A stretch of DNA of 56,300 bases. Source: a virus. Lineage: Duplodnaviria > Caudoviricetes. The position numbers and the translations under genes were made by a program. The stretch lies in IMG/VR virus record IMGVR_UViG_3300042447_000704, positions 1-56,300 of that record; one strand, written 5' to 3'. How positions within the stretch are numbered: the first letter of the stretch is position 1; each line of letters opens with the position of its first letter. The notes under the pieces were generated by a model. The model worked only from the letters and a program-made list of their open reading frames with translations, searched no databases and was not told the DNA's origin. Positions 17,101-24,594 of this stretch are shown here, piece by piece.

Positions 17101-20100
17101 ATCTTCCTCGCTCATCTGGCTTAGGGTTGTGCCAGCCTCCATAACCTCTACGGCTCGGTCATAAGCGTCTTGCCGCTTCTCGCGGTCGACAGCGTCAGTA
17201 GCCTCGAAGATATAGCTGCGAGCATAGGCCAGCATATTGCTGTCCCATTTCGTGTCCTTTTGGTTGGTCAGAATGTCGATAGCACGCTCGGCCATTGAGA
17301 CGTTCTGAAACCAATCCTTCTGCGGAGACATCGCGGCCATAATTGCTGCGACCTGCTCCATCGAGAGGTCGTAGTCTTTAGCCATCTCAGTGGCGATCTT
17401 GAATGCGCCGTCGTACCAAAGCTTGCTGCGATCTGCGGTCTCTTTGGGCACGCTGTTGTACAGGTACAGCAGATTGCTGACGATGTTCTTTTTGAACAGG
17501 CTGATCGCCGAGTCTCGCGGCGTGTTTTTGGGGATAAATCCGTACTCGAGAATCGCGTCGATGATCTTTTGCCGGATGTCAGGCTTGTCCGACATAGCCT
17601 CCTCAACGGCAGCCTCATCGATCGACAGCATCTGAGTGATCGGGTCGTACGTCCGTGTTTTGGCAGTTGGGTTTTGGGTTGAAATCTCGGTCTCGCCCGG
17701 CACCGCATTGCGCACGAGACTGTACTTAGGCCGAGGCTCGTCATTGGCCTCCTCCCGGACATAGGGCTCCATCTCTCCGAGGAGATCCTCGGGGCCCATA
17801 TCTCGGTCCCTGTTGATCTGCTCGAGATTGCCCATCTCATCGGCAGGCATCAGGCCAGAGGCAATCATCTTCTTTGCAAGCGACATCACCTGAGACTTCT
17901 TTGTCTCCGGGTCAATGCCGAGATCATCAAACTTGTCCTCTGCCTGCTTACGAGTCATTACCCCTTTCTTTGCAGGCTTTGCCTCATTTACTGCCGGCTG
18001 ATCCGTAACGGCCTCTGGCGCGGCCGGCTGGTTATCGGCATTTATGCTCGGCACTTTTTTGGCCGCCGCCTTCTCCGCTTTTGGCTTTACGTTAAGCGCG
18101 GCCTCAATGAGTTCCTCTGCACCTTTGGCCGGATCATTGTTCAGCTTCTCGAACCGACCCAGTTGATTTGCCGGGATCAGCGCGGAGCCGACCATCTTTT
18201 TGACGACCAACATCGCCCGAGCTTTTTTCAGCCGGCTATCAGGCTCGGCAAGAAGGGCCTCGAGTTGGGCGTCAGCATCACTTCTGGTAATCGCCGGCAG
18301 CTGGTCGACACTGGTAGCACTAGGTGCAACAGTGGGCGCTGGTGTGGCAGTTGGTGCGGGTTGCGTAGCGGCTGGTGCGGGTTGTGCGGGTTGCACAGCA
18401 ACAGGAGCGGCAACCGTCTGAGCGGGCTTCTGTGCTGCTTGCTTTGCCTCGGTGCGCTGTTGCGCCGTGCGGACCTGAACCTCGGACTGGATTTCGTTCA
18501 GCATGCGCTGGACTTGTCGCAGACCCTCTGGGCCTTTGAGGTACTGGACCCGCTTGTTGAACAGCTTCTCGTAGGTGGTGTTCAGGAAGTCTGTCAGGGC
18601 CTGAATGATCTTCGCGGCCTTACCTTCTCCACCTGACCGGCGCACAAGCTCCCGATACATCGCAGGAGTGGCAGCGTGCCCAGCAATGTGAGCAACAAGC
18701 TCAGAGCGGGCGAGAGCGTTGTTCGGGTCCGCCGGGTCGGACAGAATCGTCGCCAGCTGTTGGCGAGCAGCTTGATCGGCAGGATTGGCAACGAGAGCGT
18801 CTACAACCTGCCCGAGTTGCGTAGCTGCGCCGTCCTTCTGAAGCAGGCCGTATGTGTCCAGCATCGCCTTCAGCGCTACCGGCTGAACAAGATTGGCAGA
18901 CGCTTGATACAGCGGGGCAAACAGGTCCGGGTTGTTTTGTTCGAACGCGTGTACCGCCTCGTGGGTCAGCGCCTCAGTCAGTTCAGACGACCTCGCATTC
19001 AGGACAAGCGTCTTGCCATCCCCTGCGTAATAGCCGTGAGGAGCAACGATCGGCTTCCCGTTGCCATCGAGCCGTGTCGATTCAGCAGGGTCGACCAGAA
19101 CAACGTCGATGTCGTACAGCTTTTTGTATGCGAGAGAGAGCCTCTTGAGGGCATCAAACCTCTCCTCGCCGATCGCCTCTGGAGTGGCAAGAGAGACGTT
19201 CTCGATGCCGAAGTTTTCGGCCAAAACAGGAGCGACGTTCTCCTCGACGTACTTTCGTTGAGTCGATACGGGCTGCGCTCTGATCCCGCTGTACGAGCCC
19301 GGGCCCGGGAGATCAATTGTCGGCGTCCAGTCCTCTGCGGGTGCATCTGTTGCTGCAACAGGCGGTGACGTCCCTTCTTGATTCTCAGCCTGTACTGGAG
19401 CCGCAATCGAATCGCCTGCGTCTTGTGCTGGAGGCGCAATCGACTCGGCTGTGTCCTGAACCTTCTGTCCGTCTTCATCAACAGAAGAGACGGCTTGCAG
19501 ATCACGCTCAAGCGAGTCATTAAAGCTCTGTTGCTCGCTGACCGGGGTAGAAGTCTGTGAGGAAGTATTTACATCCTCGAAGGTATTGTTTGCAGGCAAA
19601 ACCTCGGCCCGAGGTGCCGCTGCCGTCGTTTCTCGCTGGGTGGTTTCCGGGATTCTGGGGAGGGTTGTTTGAGACGGGTCGATGTACCGAGAGTCGCCAG
19701 TTCGCATCGAATCGATCGCTGCCGCATCGATTGCTCGCCTATCGAATTCACTTGAATCAACTCCGCCCTGAATGGCGCGAGATACGAGGCCATTGTCTGT
19801 CTCAAGCCGGTCCCTGACCTTACCCAGCCCCTTAGCCCCGCCATACATCAAGCCGCCCTGTATGACCGAGGTCAAGATCGTATCGCCGACCTGAGTCAGA
19901 TAGTCTTTGAGGGTCGCATCCTGATTCAGACCGAGCCCCGGCAGCTTGTCAGTGATGAACTGACCCGTAGTTGTCGCCACCTCGCCGGGGACTTGTTTGG
20001 CAACATAAATTGCCATTGCGTCGGTAAGCTGGTTTGTTGGGACGTCTGCCAACGACCTATTGAAAGTCTTGAAGAGCTTGCCTAGACCAACGCCCTCCCC

Positions 20101-21159
20101 GAGCCCCTCGAATGCAGCAAAGAGCGAGGCCCTCGTCGCGTTCTCTCCCGGAGACAGGCCTGCCTGAAACCCGTCTTTGTAGCTCTCGCCCCACGACTGA
20201 GCAATCATCGCCGCAAGCGGGACCGTTCCTGTACCAGTCGCAACGCCGGCCGCCATCCACGGGAGTTGGGTCGCAATTGACGTGACTGCGCCCTCGAAGT
20301 TCCTTCTAGCGCCGACGGCCTGACCGACCTCGGCAGAGTTCTGCATGTCTCGCGTCTTCTCTTTGAAGAGGCGGTCCCTGTCTACAGAAGTGTCGAGCCC
20401 CAGCGCATCTTTGACGGCAAGACCAAATCCATCCAAAGCGCTTCCGTACGCGTCTTCAATACCGGTTGCGATACGCGATGCGCTGGCAATGTTTGGATTG
20501 TCTCGGAAGAACTGCGCTCGTTCAAAGTCAAAGCCAGTCTGCTCGGCGCTACCTACCTCTCTGTCCTTTCCATAGCCATACGCATAGGAGCTTTCGGCAA
20601 CAGATGGCAATTCGCCCTGCTCGATCCGGCTTGCAATAACGTCTTCTTTTCTCCCGCTAAGTGCGCGAAGGGCAGTTGGGTTCGCATCTTCATAGCGTCG
20701 ATCTAACGCTCGAGATGCCCCGCCAACAAAGTCCGTTCTGGCAGACATCGCTGCGCGTTTCGCCGGAGACGCGCTGTTATAGGCTTCTTGAACCTGCCTC
20801 TGCCCCTCAACGCTCAGCGGGGCACCGACATCCTCAATGGCACGCGGTCGCGCCGGATTCGGCATGTTGTCGAGAACGCTGCCGCGCAAAGAAATTCGAG
20901 GTGTCGGGTCTGGCTCTGGCCTAGACAGCCCTCTCGCAGCTGCCCACGAGCCGGCAGGCATTGACGGCTGTACTTCACGAGGCTCTGGGGAGCGAGCTAC
21001 AGCAGCAGATGTTTCTATCGGGTCTGGCCCCGATGGCCTAAAGTCCAATATGGGGTCATAACTCTCGGCGCGAGCCCTTCTGCGCTCAGTGCCGCGTATC
21101 GCTGAAGAGCGTCTTTCTTGAAGGTCAGGAGCGCCGTCGAGAATTGGATCGTATCCCAT
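11140..21159 (-). CDS. Giant polyvalent internal virion/ejection protein (3339 aa)
   Basis: Last gene of the late operon; HExxH (THEAVH); several enzyme-like domains; LPD38-like C-terminus (NVTVDFARRG, LFFNPAVQG, YKIPLTYGWG). Confidence 0.85.
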   Translation of the reverse strand: MGYDPILDGAPDLQERRSSAIRGTERRRARAESYDPILDFRPSGPDPIETSAAVARSPEPREVQPSMPAGSWAAARGLSRPEPDPTPRISLRGSVLDNMPNPARPRAIEDVGAPLSVEGQRQVQEAYNSASPAKRAAMSARTDFVGGASRALDRRYEDANPTALRALSGRKEDVIASRIEQGELPSVAESSYAYGYGKDREVGSAEQTGFDFERAQFFRDNPNIASASRIATGIEDAYGSALDGFGLAVKDALGLDTSVDRDRLFKEKTRDMQNSAEVGQAVGARRNFEGAVTSIATQLPWMAAGVATGTGTVPLAAMIAQSWGESYKDGFQAGLSPGENATRASLFAAFEGLGEGVGLGKLFKTFNRSLADVPTNQLTDAMAIYVAKQVPGEVATTTGQFITDKLPGLGLNQDATLKDYLTQVGDTILTSVIQGGLMYGGAKGLGKVRDRLETDNGLVSRAIQGGVDSSEFDRRAIDAAAIDSMRTGDSRYIDPSQTTLPRIPETTQRETTAAAPRAEVLPANNTFEDVNTSSQTSTPVSEQQSFNDSLERDLQAVSSVDEDGQKVQDTAESIAPPAQDAGDSIAAPVQAENQEGTSPPVAATDAPAEDWTPTIDLPGPGSYSGIRAQPVSTQRKYVEENVAPVLAENFGIENVSLATPEAIGEERFDALKRLSLAYKKLYDIDVVLVDPAESTRLDGNGKPIVAPHGYYAGDGKTLVLNARSSELTEALTHEAVHAFEQNNPDLFAPLYQASANLVQPVALKAMLDTYGLLQKDGAATQLGQVVDALVANPADQAARQQLATILSDPADPNNALARSELVAHIAGHAATPAMYRELVRRSGGEGKAAKIIQALTDFLNTTYEKLFNKRVQYLKGPEGLRQVQRMLNEIQSEVQVRTAQQRTEAKQAAQKPAQTVAAPVAVQPAQPAPAATQPAPTATPAPTVAPSATSVDQLPAITRSDADAQLEALLAEPDSRLKKARAMLVVKKMVGSALIPANQLGRFEKLNNDPAKGAEELIEAALNVKPKAEKAAAKKVPSINADNQPAAPEAVTDQPAVNEAKPAKKGVMTRKQAEDKFDDLGIDPETKKSQVMSLAKKMIASGLMPADEMGNLEQINRDRDMGPEDLLGEMEPYVREEANDEPRPKYSLVRNAVPGETEISTQNPTAKTRTYDPITQMLSIDEAAVEEAMSDKPDIRQKIIDAILEYGFIPKNTPRDSAISLFKKNIVSNLLYLYNSVPKETADRSKLWYDGAFKIATEMAKDYDLSMEQVAAIMAAMSPQKDWFQNVSMAERAIDILTNQKDTKWDSNMLAYARSYIFEATDAVDREKRQDAYDRAVEVMEAGTTLSQMSEEDAAAFVRAYDEAFNSRQYRIVTPEGGFSGLVRKNNGEPSTMMWSTYGPIEKAVSIFRNGSRENISEQLGDEHKIRSFYNNIAAPKSAIGHVTIDTHAVAAALFEALSGTDAPVTQNFGGTGKSAVIGVGGTYGIIADAYREAAKQVGILPREMQSITWEAVRGMFGADEKSTMKAPVRAVWDQYRDGKISFEAAREKIVEVAGGINEPDWKGSDAGQFVKDGGTSYDKEYVPEGGVRLREAKELRQKTTINLTAATSSIPGIKDLYDRAMAGEREAGALIQRVAESSLRFLLSGTKAKIKVIDSIGAYASEREPAISLEVAFNDSESVAVLAALSRFAQMYNQEQIHVRTPTSRPIGHEFGDGSYSTLVHEIPLDQTMSGQEVSEILSQSGLSGLTVSDASITTYWVRPNANPENHIASLAEYEAGVARIYELVGAKSQRNQQSYQRLSAYGRGDGATAGYERIDGDVRTREASDTKTPRLVAEFLKKGPVEPFKQKALTQAQVKSQKTLASVFEALPSNDLQNPLVKQAYEAAAAEIATQYKALPIKVEVMATVKIGDAVYPYWGPRSQELVDRLIADGMPQAKAKIVLDYLRKNFGQPSKAWKSKAWKGTSAGSIEAMNGDVYPNSAAMRQDVSQNNRLKTFKTSPATFGPEGSDFTGNPLLKDSGLKDANGYPMLYNDLLRAVHDYFAHNLSATEFGPNGEAAAWRNHMASTTSPMARWAITAETRLQNAWQNFRPEAEGVAVKDRPFAPQKASLPPVVFTLTGNDLVDAPMLEFIKTLSEEQRRGSLPADSDIKIPALPDTAPAAQAKFSRAVDAWQNVAKEDDAFKYERSDKKSFQDISKELLPELVWQDKSTRYQTELQAEVQENRYAIFRERNGQVWLDVQELESGESRGSAIYNLVANYAFNNGLVFIGDPAGLSPTGAWRRLSNMISSSLKFGTTDHLFPHPNQFDPSRAYDYNGYAEAGEFAGNYLRPIDWRDGDTRYNLAQMLEAESDSVLAAVPELRDVRFDFEVGQFLDRSYNPFPDDAFTRAAKSPAARSASAGSSTLKRAVFTKSVLLPVDRGGLDAVGERVLTSGVNGTFGRSPLYSRNVPTPGVNFTLPARTVRERISNQLANEVSRVQAVQESVAKQGGVLTDNSDVQMAQTRMYRKAGAQIEKFRETKVRPILKRIAKADIDPDDIALYLYAVHARLRNQQIAAINSQFPDGGSGMFDAEAKAFLKSFRARPDFQTFKRLARELQAITKDTQQLLLSSGLVDRDTVDSWNAVYKGTYIPLKGWEDVDDSMRSTGKMDPRVPFAKRALGRGSRAGQIIENILGDHERAIVMAEKNAVRQAFLRFVLDNKDDLLWEVNRVILTRRFNKGSMSPLGIAQGNVSYVATVDNREANTVAVRVNGKMYSIWVKDAAMLADLNAAIAAADGDVKMMTQAWRSINRGLAKLWTALSPAFVLINAVRDLQSAMIQTGVEKKGGVLRAAGMLPKLLPLAWNIWRAERTGDWTMTGNRYKQAYNEYRDVGAMQSFAGLETLEQKQVQLNKIIAEAKNSITLNPKSWYIEARKFIRAAEEFIMDINGSIENAARVAAYSAARQAGESVKEAVDTAANVTVDFARRGKKTPLFSSLYLFFNPAVQGTRRVAELAFSKKGSAVVSSLVALGYFNAMMAVGAVGDDDEPYWDKPNMNGVKHKNLLFFDAEGNQYKIPLTYGWGFFVNLGQGLYDLQRGKEVGKVASFLTSAFFQHFSPLGSTENLATFVAPTLFDPIAVLTMNKTEQGFPLKPEDRLGEEKPDSEKYWTSSRGTYLQKFTEWLNEATQGSKASPGKIDVSPETLKYLIGFTTGGAGSFVRDTVSAIDLELSIGDGASIQKNQIPILKSFYQTKTIKGEQSAFFENSAEAVKALEEAKLYWGKQAPNAVMERINNSRGLAALGNAQSNLREALSNIRKMEIAVIDNESMSRAEKESARLDLDRKKKELYDRFNRAFYAEKKRME

Positions 21160-21170
21160 ACTTCCCTCAG

Positions 21171-22502
21171 TTATTTTTTGATTGCAGTTGTGCGCGCACG
21201 CTCTCTGTCGAGAGCCTCTCTGAGACGAACCTCAACTGCGGCGTTACGTCCGGCGATCCTTTGAGCTTCGGGGACCAAATTGCTGTTGTATGGGACTGTT
21301 TTGTCTTTGGCGTCGTAGGAGACGCGCCAATTCTTTGTCTGAGCATCCTGAGTGAATCTGATGTTCTTCAGCGCATCAGCCTCGTATGCGGCGAACGTCT
21401 TGAGCGCGATTGCTTGCGCATCTGTAGCGTTGGTCGCCGCCCCAGACCGGAGGGCGCGCATCCCAAAGTCGCGAAGCTTCTCCTTCTGGAACTCATCGAC
21501 CTTTTCGCCCTTCATATCCGGGCCCAGAACCTGCCCAACAGCAAAGCTGTATCGCGGCTGAGCCTGATTGATGTTGTCGTTAAAAATGCTGGCTTCTTTG
21601 TTGAACGCCTTTAAGGAAAGGCCGCCGGTCTCAGGGCCTCCGTCATCGCCACCACTGCCACCGCCGCCACCTCTAGGTCTGTTTGCTGAATCTACAGCGG
21701 CCTGCGCCCTGAGGGCATCAGCTTTCATTCGTGCGCCCGCTATTTCCCGCTCGTTCCTGCCGGCAGACGGGTCGGTCACAGGAAGGCCCATAGCCATCTG
21801 GAAGGTTGCAAGCTCCTGCTTGACTTGCTTACCTTCCTTTGATGTTGCGTATAAGTAAGGCGTGTACAGCTTTGTGTTTGGGTCCTGCTCGACCACCATC
21901 CTCATCGACTTAGGTTCATATCCGAACCTTTCGGCCAGAGCATTAGCGGGACCGACATCTCCCGCCATCCACTGCTGAAGCGCCTTAGCAGTCCCATCCT
22001 TCTCCATCGCGGTTCGCATGTCCGTCAGCTGCTTCAGCGTGCCCGGGTCCATCTTCCCGCTCTTCGCAAGATGCCCAGTGAATTCGCTCAGGTAGTTGCT
22101 GAGAACGATCGGGTCGGTCGGGCTAGGCGTCTTCATACGAACATTGCCGGCCTCGTCTTTGATCTCTACGCCATTCGCATCCCGCTCTGGAACAGAGCCA
22201 AAGTGGCGTTCATAGATTTTCGATGACCCCTGCCTAAAAGTGTCCTCTTCGGCGCGTTTGCGCTCAGCCTCAGACATCCTGAAGTCGAAGTCTTTTTGCG
22301 TGCGGATGGCAGCTTCGCGCTTCATGACCATATCTTCGTCTGCGCGCAAGTCTGCGGCGGCCGCACGCTTGTCAGCAAGCGCCCCAGACATTTCGCTTTG
22401 CAGCTGCTTTTGCCGCATCAACTCGATGTAGTCGTCGTTGTTGCGCTGCTTAGCTTTTTGTTGGATGGCCCCAGTCAGGCCGGTAAAGAAGTTCTCAGCC
22501 AT
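21171..22502 (-). CDS. Putative internal virion (ejection) protein
   Basis: Helical, charged 443-aa protein directly upstream of the giant gene. Confidence 0.65.
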   Translation of the reverse strand: MAENFFTGLTGAIQQKAKQRNNDDYIELMRQKQLQSEMSGALADKRAAAADLRADEDMVMKREAAIRTQKDFDFRMSEAERKRAEEDTFRQGSSKIYERHFGSVPERDANGVEIKDEAGNVRMKTPSPTDPIVLSNYLSEFTGHLAKSGKMDPGTLKQLTDMRTAMEKDGTAKALQQWMAGDVGPANALAERFGYEPKSMRMVVEQDPNTKLYTPYLYATSKEGKQVKQELATFQMAMGLPVTDPSAGRNEREIAGARMKADALRAQAAVDSANRPRGGGGGSGGDDGGPETGGLSLKAFNKEASIFNDNINQAQPRYSFAVGQVLGPDMKGEKVDEFQKEKLRDFGMRALRSGAATNATDAQAIALKTFAAYEADALKNIRFTQDAQTKNWRVSYDAKDKTVPYNSNLVPEAQRIAGRNAAVEVRLREALDRERARTTAIKK

Positions 22503-22503
22503 C

Positions 22504-23547
22504 TCAGGCCTCCAGAGCTTTGCGCCGATGAACAGGCGGCTTGCCGTTAGTCTTCTCGACGATCTTGTCGAGCTTGCTGATGCCAATCTTGCGGACCGTT
22601 GCGGCCGGCAGCACGTACTCTCCGTTAGACAGTCGGATCGGCGAGCCGTCGTCTTGATTGACCGCAGGTACGCTGTCAGAAGTGCCAGTGCCGGGACCTC
22701 GAACTAAGCCACCGTCCGCGAAGAAGATACCTCCAACCGCACCGCCAATCCCAGACAAAAGCTGGTTGTTGGCTTGATTCGCAGCCATCTGATTCTGGAA
22801 GCCCATATTGGTCATGTTCGCGCCAGAGGTCAGCGCGCTGCCGTAGCCCTGCATACCAGCCAGTGCGTTGCCGGTGTACATCTGACCAACGCGATCGGCT
22901 GATCCCATTGCGCCCTGCCCAACAGATGCAGCGCCAGAGCCCGCCTGTGCGGCACCAGAGCCAGCATTGATTGCAGCGATCGACTGCGCCGAAAGGCCTC
23001 GGCCCATACCCGTCACGCCGGCCAGTCTCTGGAAGCCCTGATCTCTCGCTTGCTGGGTCGCAGTGTTCTGAGCCTGAGCCTGCATCGCAGCGCCCTGTAG
23101 GCCAGCACCAGACAGCAGCTGCATCATCCGGCCCGAGTTCGGATTGACGCCCATCCGTTCAAGCGCTCGTACAGATTGACCGCGCTGGTTATCCAGAGCC
23201 TGCTGGACGTTAGCGCCGGCCTGAGAGGCCATACGTTCACGCTCCGCATCAGTGTTCCACGCAGTGGCCTGATCGATCAGCTGCTTCTCTAGAGGCCTGA
23301 AGGTGCCTTTGTTGTACTCGTAGTTGTCTTTGGCCTGATCCATCGCCAGAGCCTGCGCATCCAGCTGGCCGGCCATCAACGCGGACTGGTTGTCCATCAG
23401 CCGCTGTTGATAAGGCAGCATCGCTTGATAGCGCTCGTTTGCTGTTCGGAATTGCTCTTGAGCAAAGCCGAGGTACTGCTGGCCCATCTCCTTCGTCGCA
23501 TTGATAAACGGCGAGTAGTCCGGCGCTCTTGATTTACTGCCCATCAT
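22504..23547 (-). CDS. Putative internal virion (ejection) protein
   Basis: Q/A/G-rich; C-terminal FADGGLVRGPGTGTSDSVPA...LSNGEYVL motif also seen in tape-measure/pilot proteins. Confidence 0.7.
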   Translation of the reverse strand: MMGSKSRAPDYSPFINATKEMGQQYLGFAQEQFRTANERYQAMLPYQQRLMDNQSALMAGQLDAQALAMDQAKDNYEYNKGTFRPLEKQLIDQATAWNTDAERERMASQAGANVQQALDNQRGQSVRALERMGVNPNSGRMMQLLSGAGLQGAAMQAQAQNTATQQARDQGFQRLAGVTGMGRGLSAQSIAAINAGSGAAQAGSGAASVGQGAMGSADRVGQMYTGNALAGMQGYGSALTSGANMTNMGFQNQMAANQANNQLLSGIGGAVGGIFFADGGLVRGPGTGTSDSVPAVNQDDGSPIRLSNGEYVLPAATVRKIGISKLDKIVEKTNGKPPVHRRKALEA

Positions 23548-23971
23548 TCACCTCTAACTTGTATTCGATCAGTGCCGGCTCCCAGCCGTATTCTTTCAAG
23601 AAGCGTTGCCATCCTTTTCGGGATGACTTCATGCCAACAGAAGAGGCCCCTACGGCCCTCGCGGCGAACTTCAGCCACTCGTTGACCTCCAACAGCTGTT
23701 CTTTGCCGGCGACTCCATCGAAGGACATCGCCCAGATCCACAACTCGTTTTTCCTGTCGTCGGTCTTTGTGTTCTGGAAGACGACGACCCCAGCCAGCTT
23801 CCGGTCCCACATCAGGACGTAGATCATCGAGATGCCAGACTTCCAGCTGAAGAACGCTTCCTCGGGAAGAGTCGCGCATCCGTTCCTGCCCTCGACTCTC
23901 AACAGCTGCGAGCGCACATAGGCCCACAGCTGGGGCATGTTGTCTTCGGTGAGGGCGACGACCTCAAGCAT
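23534..23971 (-). CDS. GNAT-like protein of the podoviral tail/ejection module
   Basis: LWIWAM...FAARAVGASSVGMKSSRKGWQRFL pattern; position in the operon. Confidence 0.55.
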   Translation of the reverse strand: MLEVVALTEDNMPQLWAYVRSQLLRVEGRNGCATLPEEAFFSWKSGISMIYVLMWDRKLAGVVVFQNTKTDDRKNELWIWAMSFDGVAGKEQLLEVNEWLKFAARAVGASSVGMKSSRKGWQRFLKEYGWEPALIEYKLEVNDGQ

Positions 23972-24594
23972 TACCAGCCCGCCGTAACGTCATAAGCCTT
24001 CACGTCCTCTGGCGTTGTCAGCGCATCGATCTCTGCTTTTTTGATCCACGAGCGCTGATACAAATACGTCCCGCGCATTGTGATTGCATTACCCAGCCCT
24101 ACAACAAAGGCGGCGTCAGCAGGGTGATTGACATTGTCATACCCCCTCCAAACAAAGCCGGAAGGCGGATTTTGACCGGCGGCGATATTGACCATCCACG
24201 CGGAGACGTTTCTTTGAGCTTCTTCGTCTGCGTCAAAAAGGACGCTCTCGTAGGTGATTGGCGACAGGTTTCGGCGCTCTCGTTCTTCGTTTATTTCGCG
24301 AGTCTTTCTCTGCCTGAACTCATCGACAGTTGTCGTGTCAACCCAACCCGTCTGGACGTTCCACTGATGTTTATATGATGGTCTGGATTTTTTTACTGCC
24401 GCCAGCTCGGGAGAATACCGAACAACTTCTCCGCTTGAATTTACAAAGTGAGAATCGATAGAGATGAAATCAATATCAGGGTGATTGTCAGGTAACTTAA
24501 TAAACCCCGGCTGAATGACGGGCATCTCAAACGAGTTGCTCGACAGGCCAACTATCTCCCCAGCTTCGCTGGCTCTAATGTAAATAAATTTCAT
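23971..24594 (-). CDS. DUF4376-like tail fibre assembly protein
   Basis: INEERERR...FDADEEAQRN...WRGYDN...KKAEIDAL...W; follows the fibre gene. Confidence 0.75.
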   Translation of the reverse strand: MKFIYIRASEAGEIVGLSSNSFEMPVIQPGFIKLPDNHPDIDFISIDSHFVNSSGEVVRYSPELAAVKKSRPSYKHQWNVQTGWVDTTTVDEFRQRKTREINEERERRNLSPITYESVLFDADEEAQRNVSAWMVNIAAGQNPPSGFVWRGYDNVNHPADAAFVVGLGNAITMRGTYLYQRSWIKKAEIDALTTPEDVKAYDVTAGW

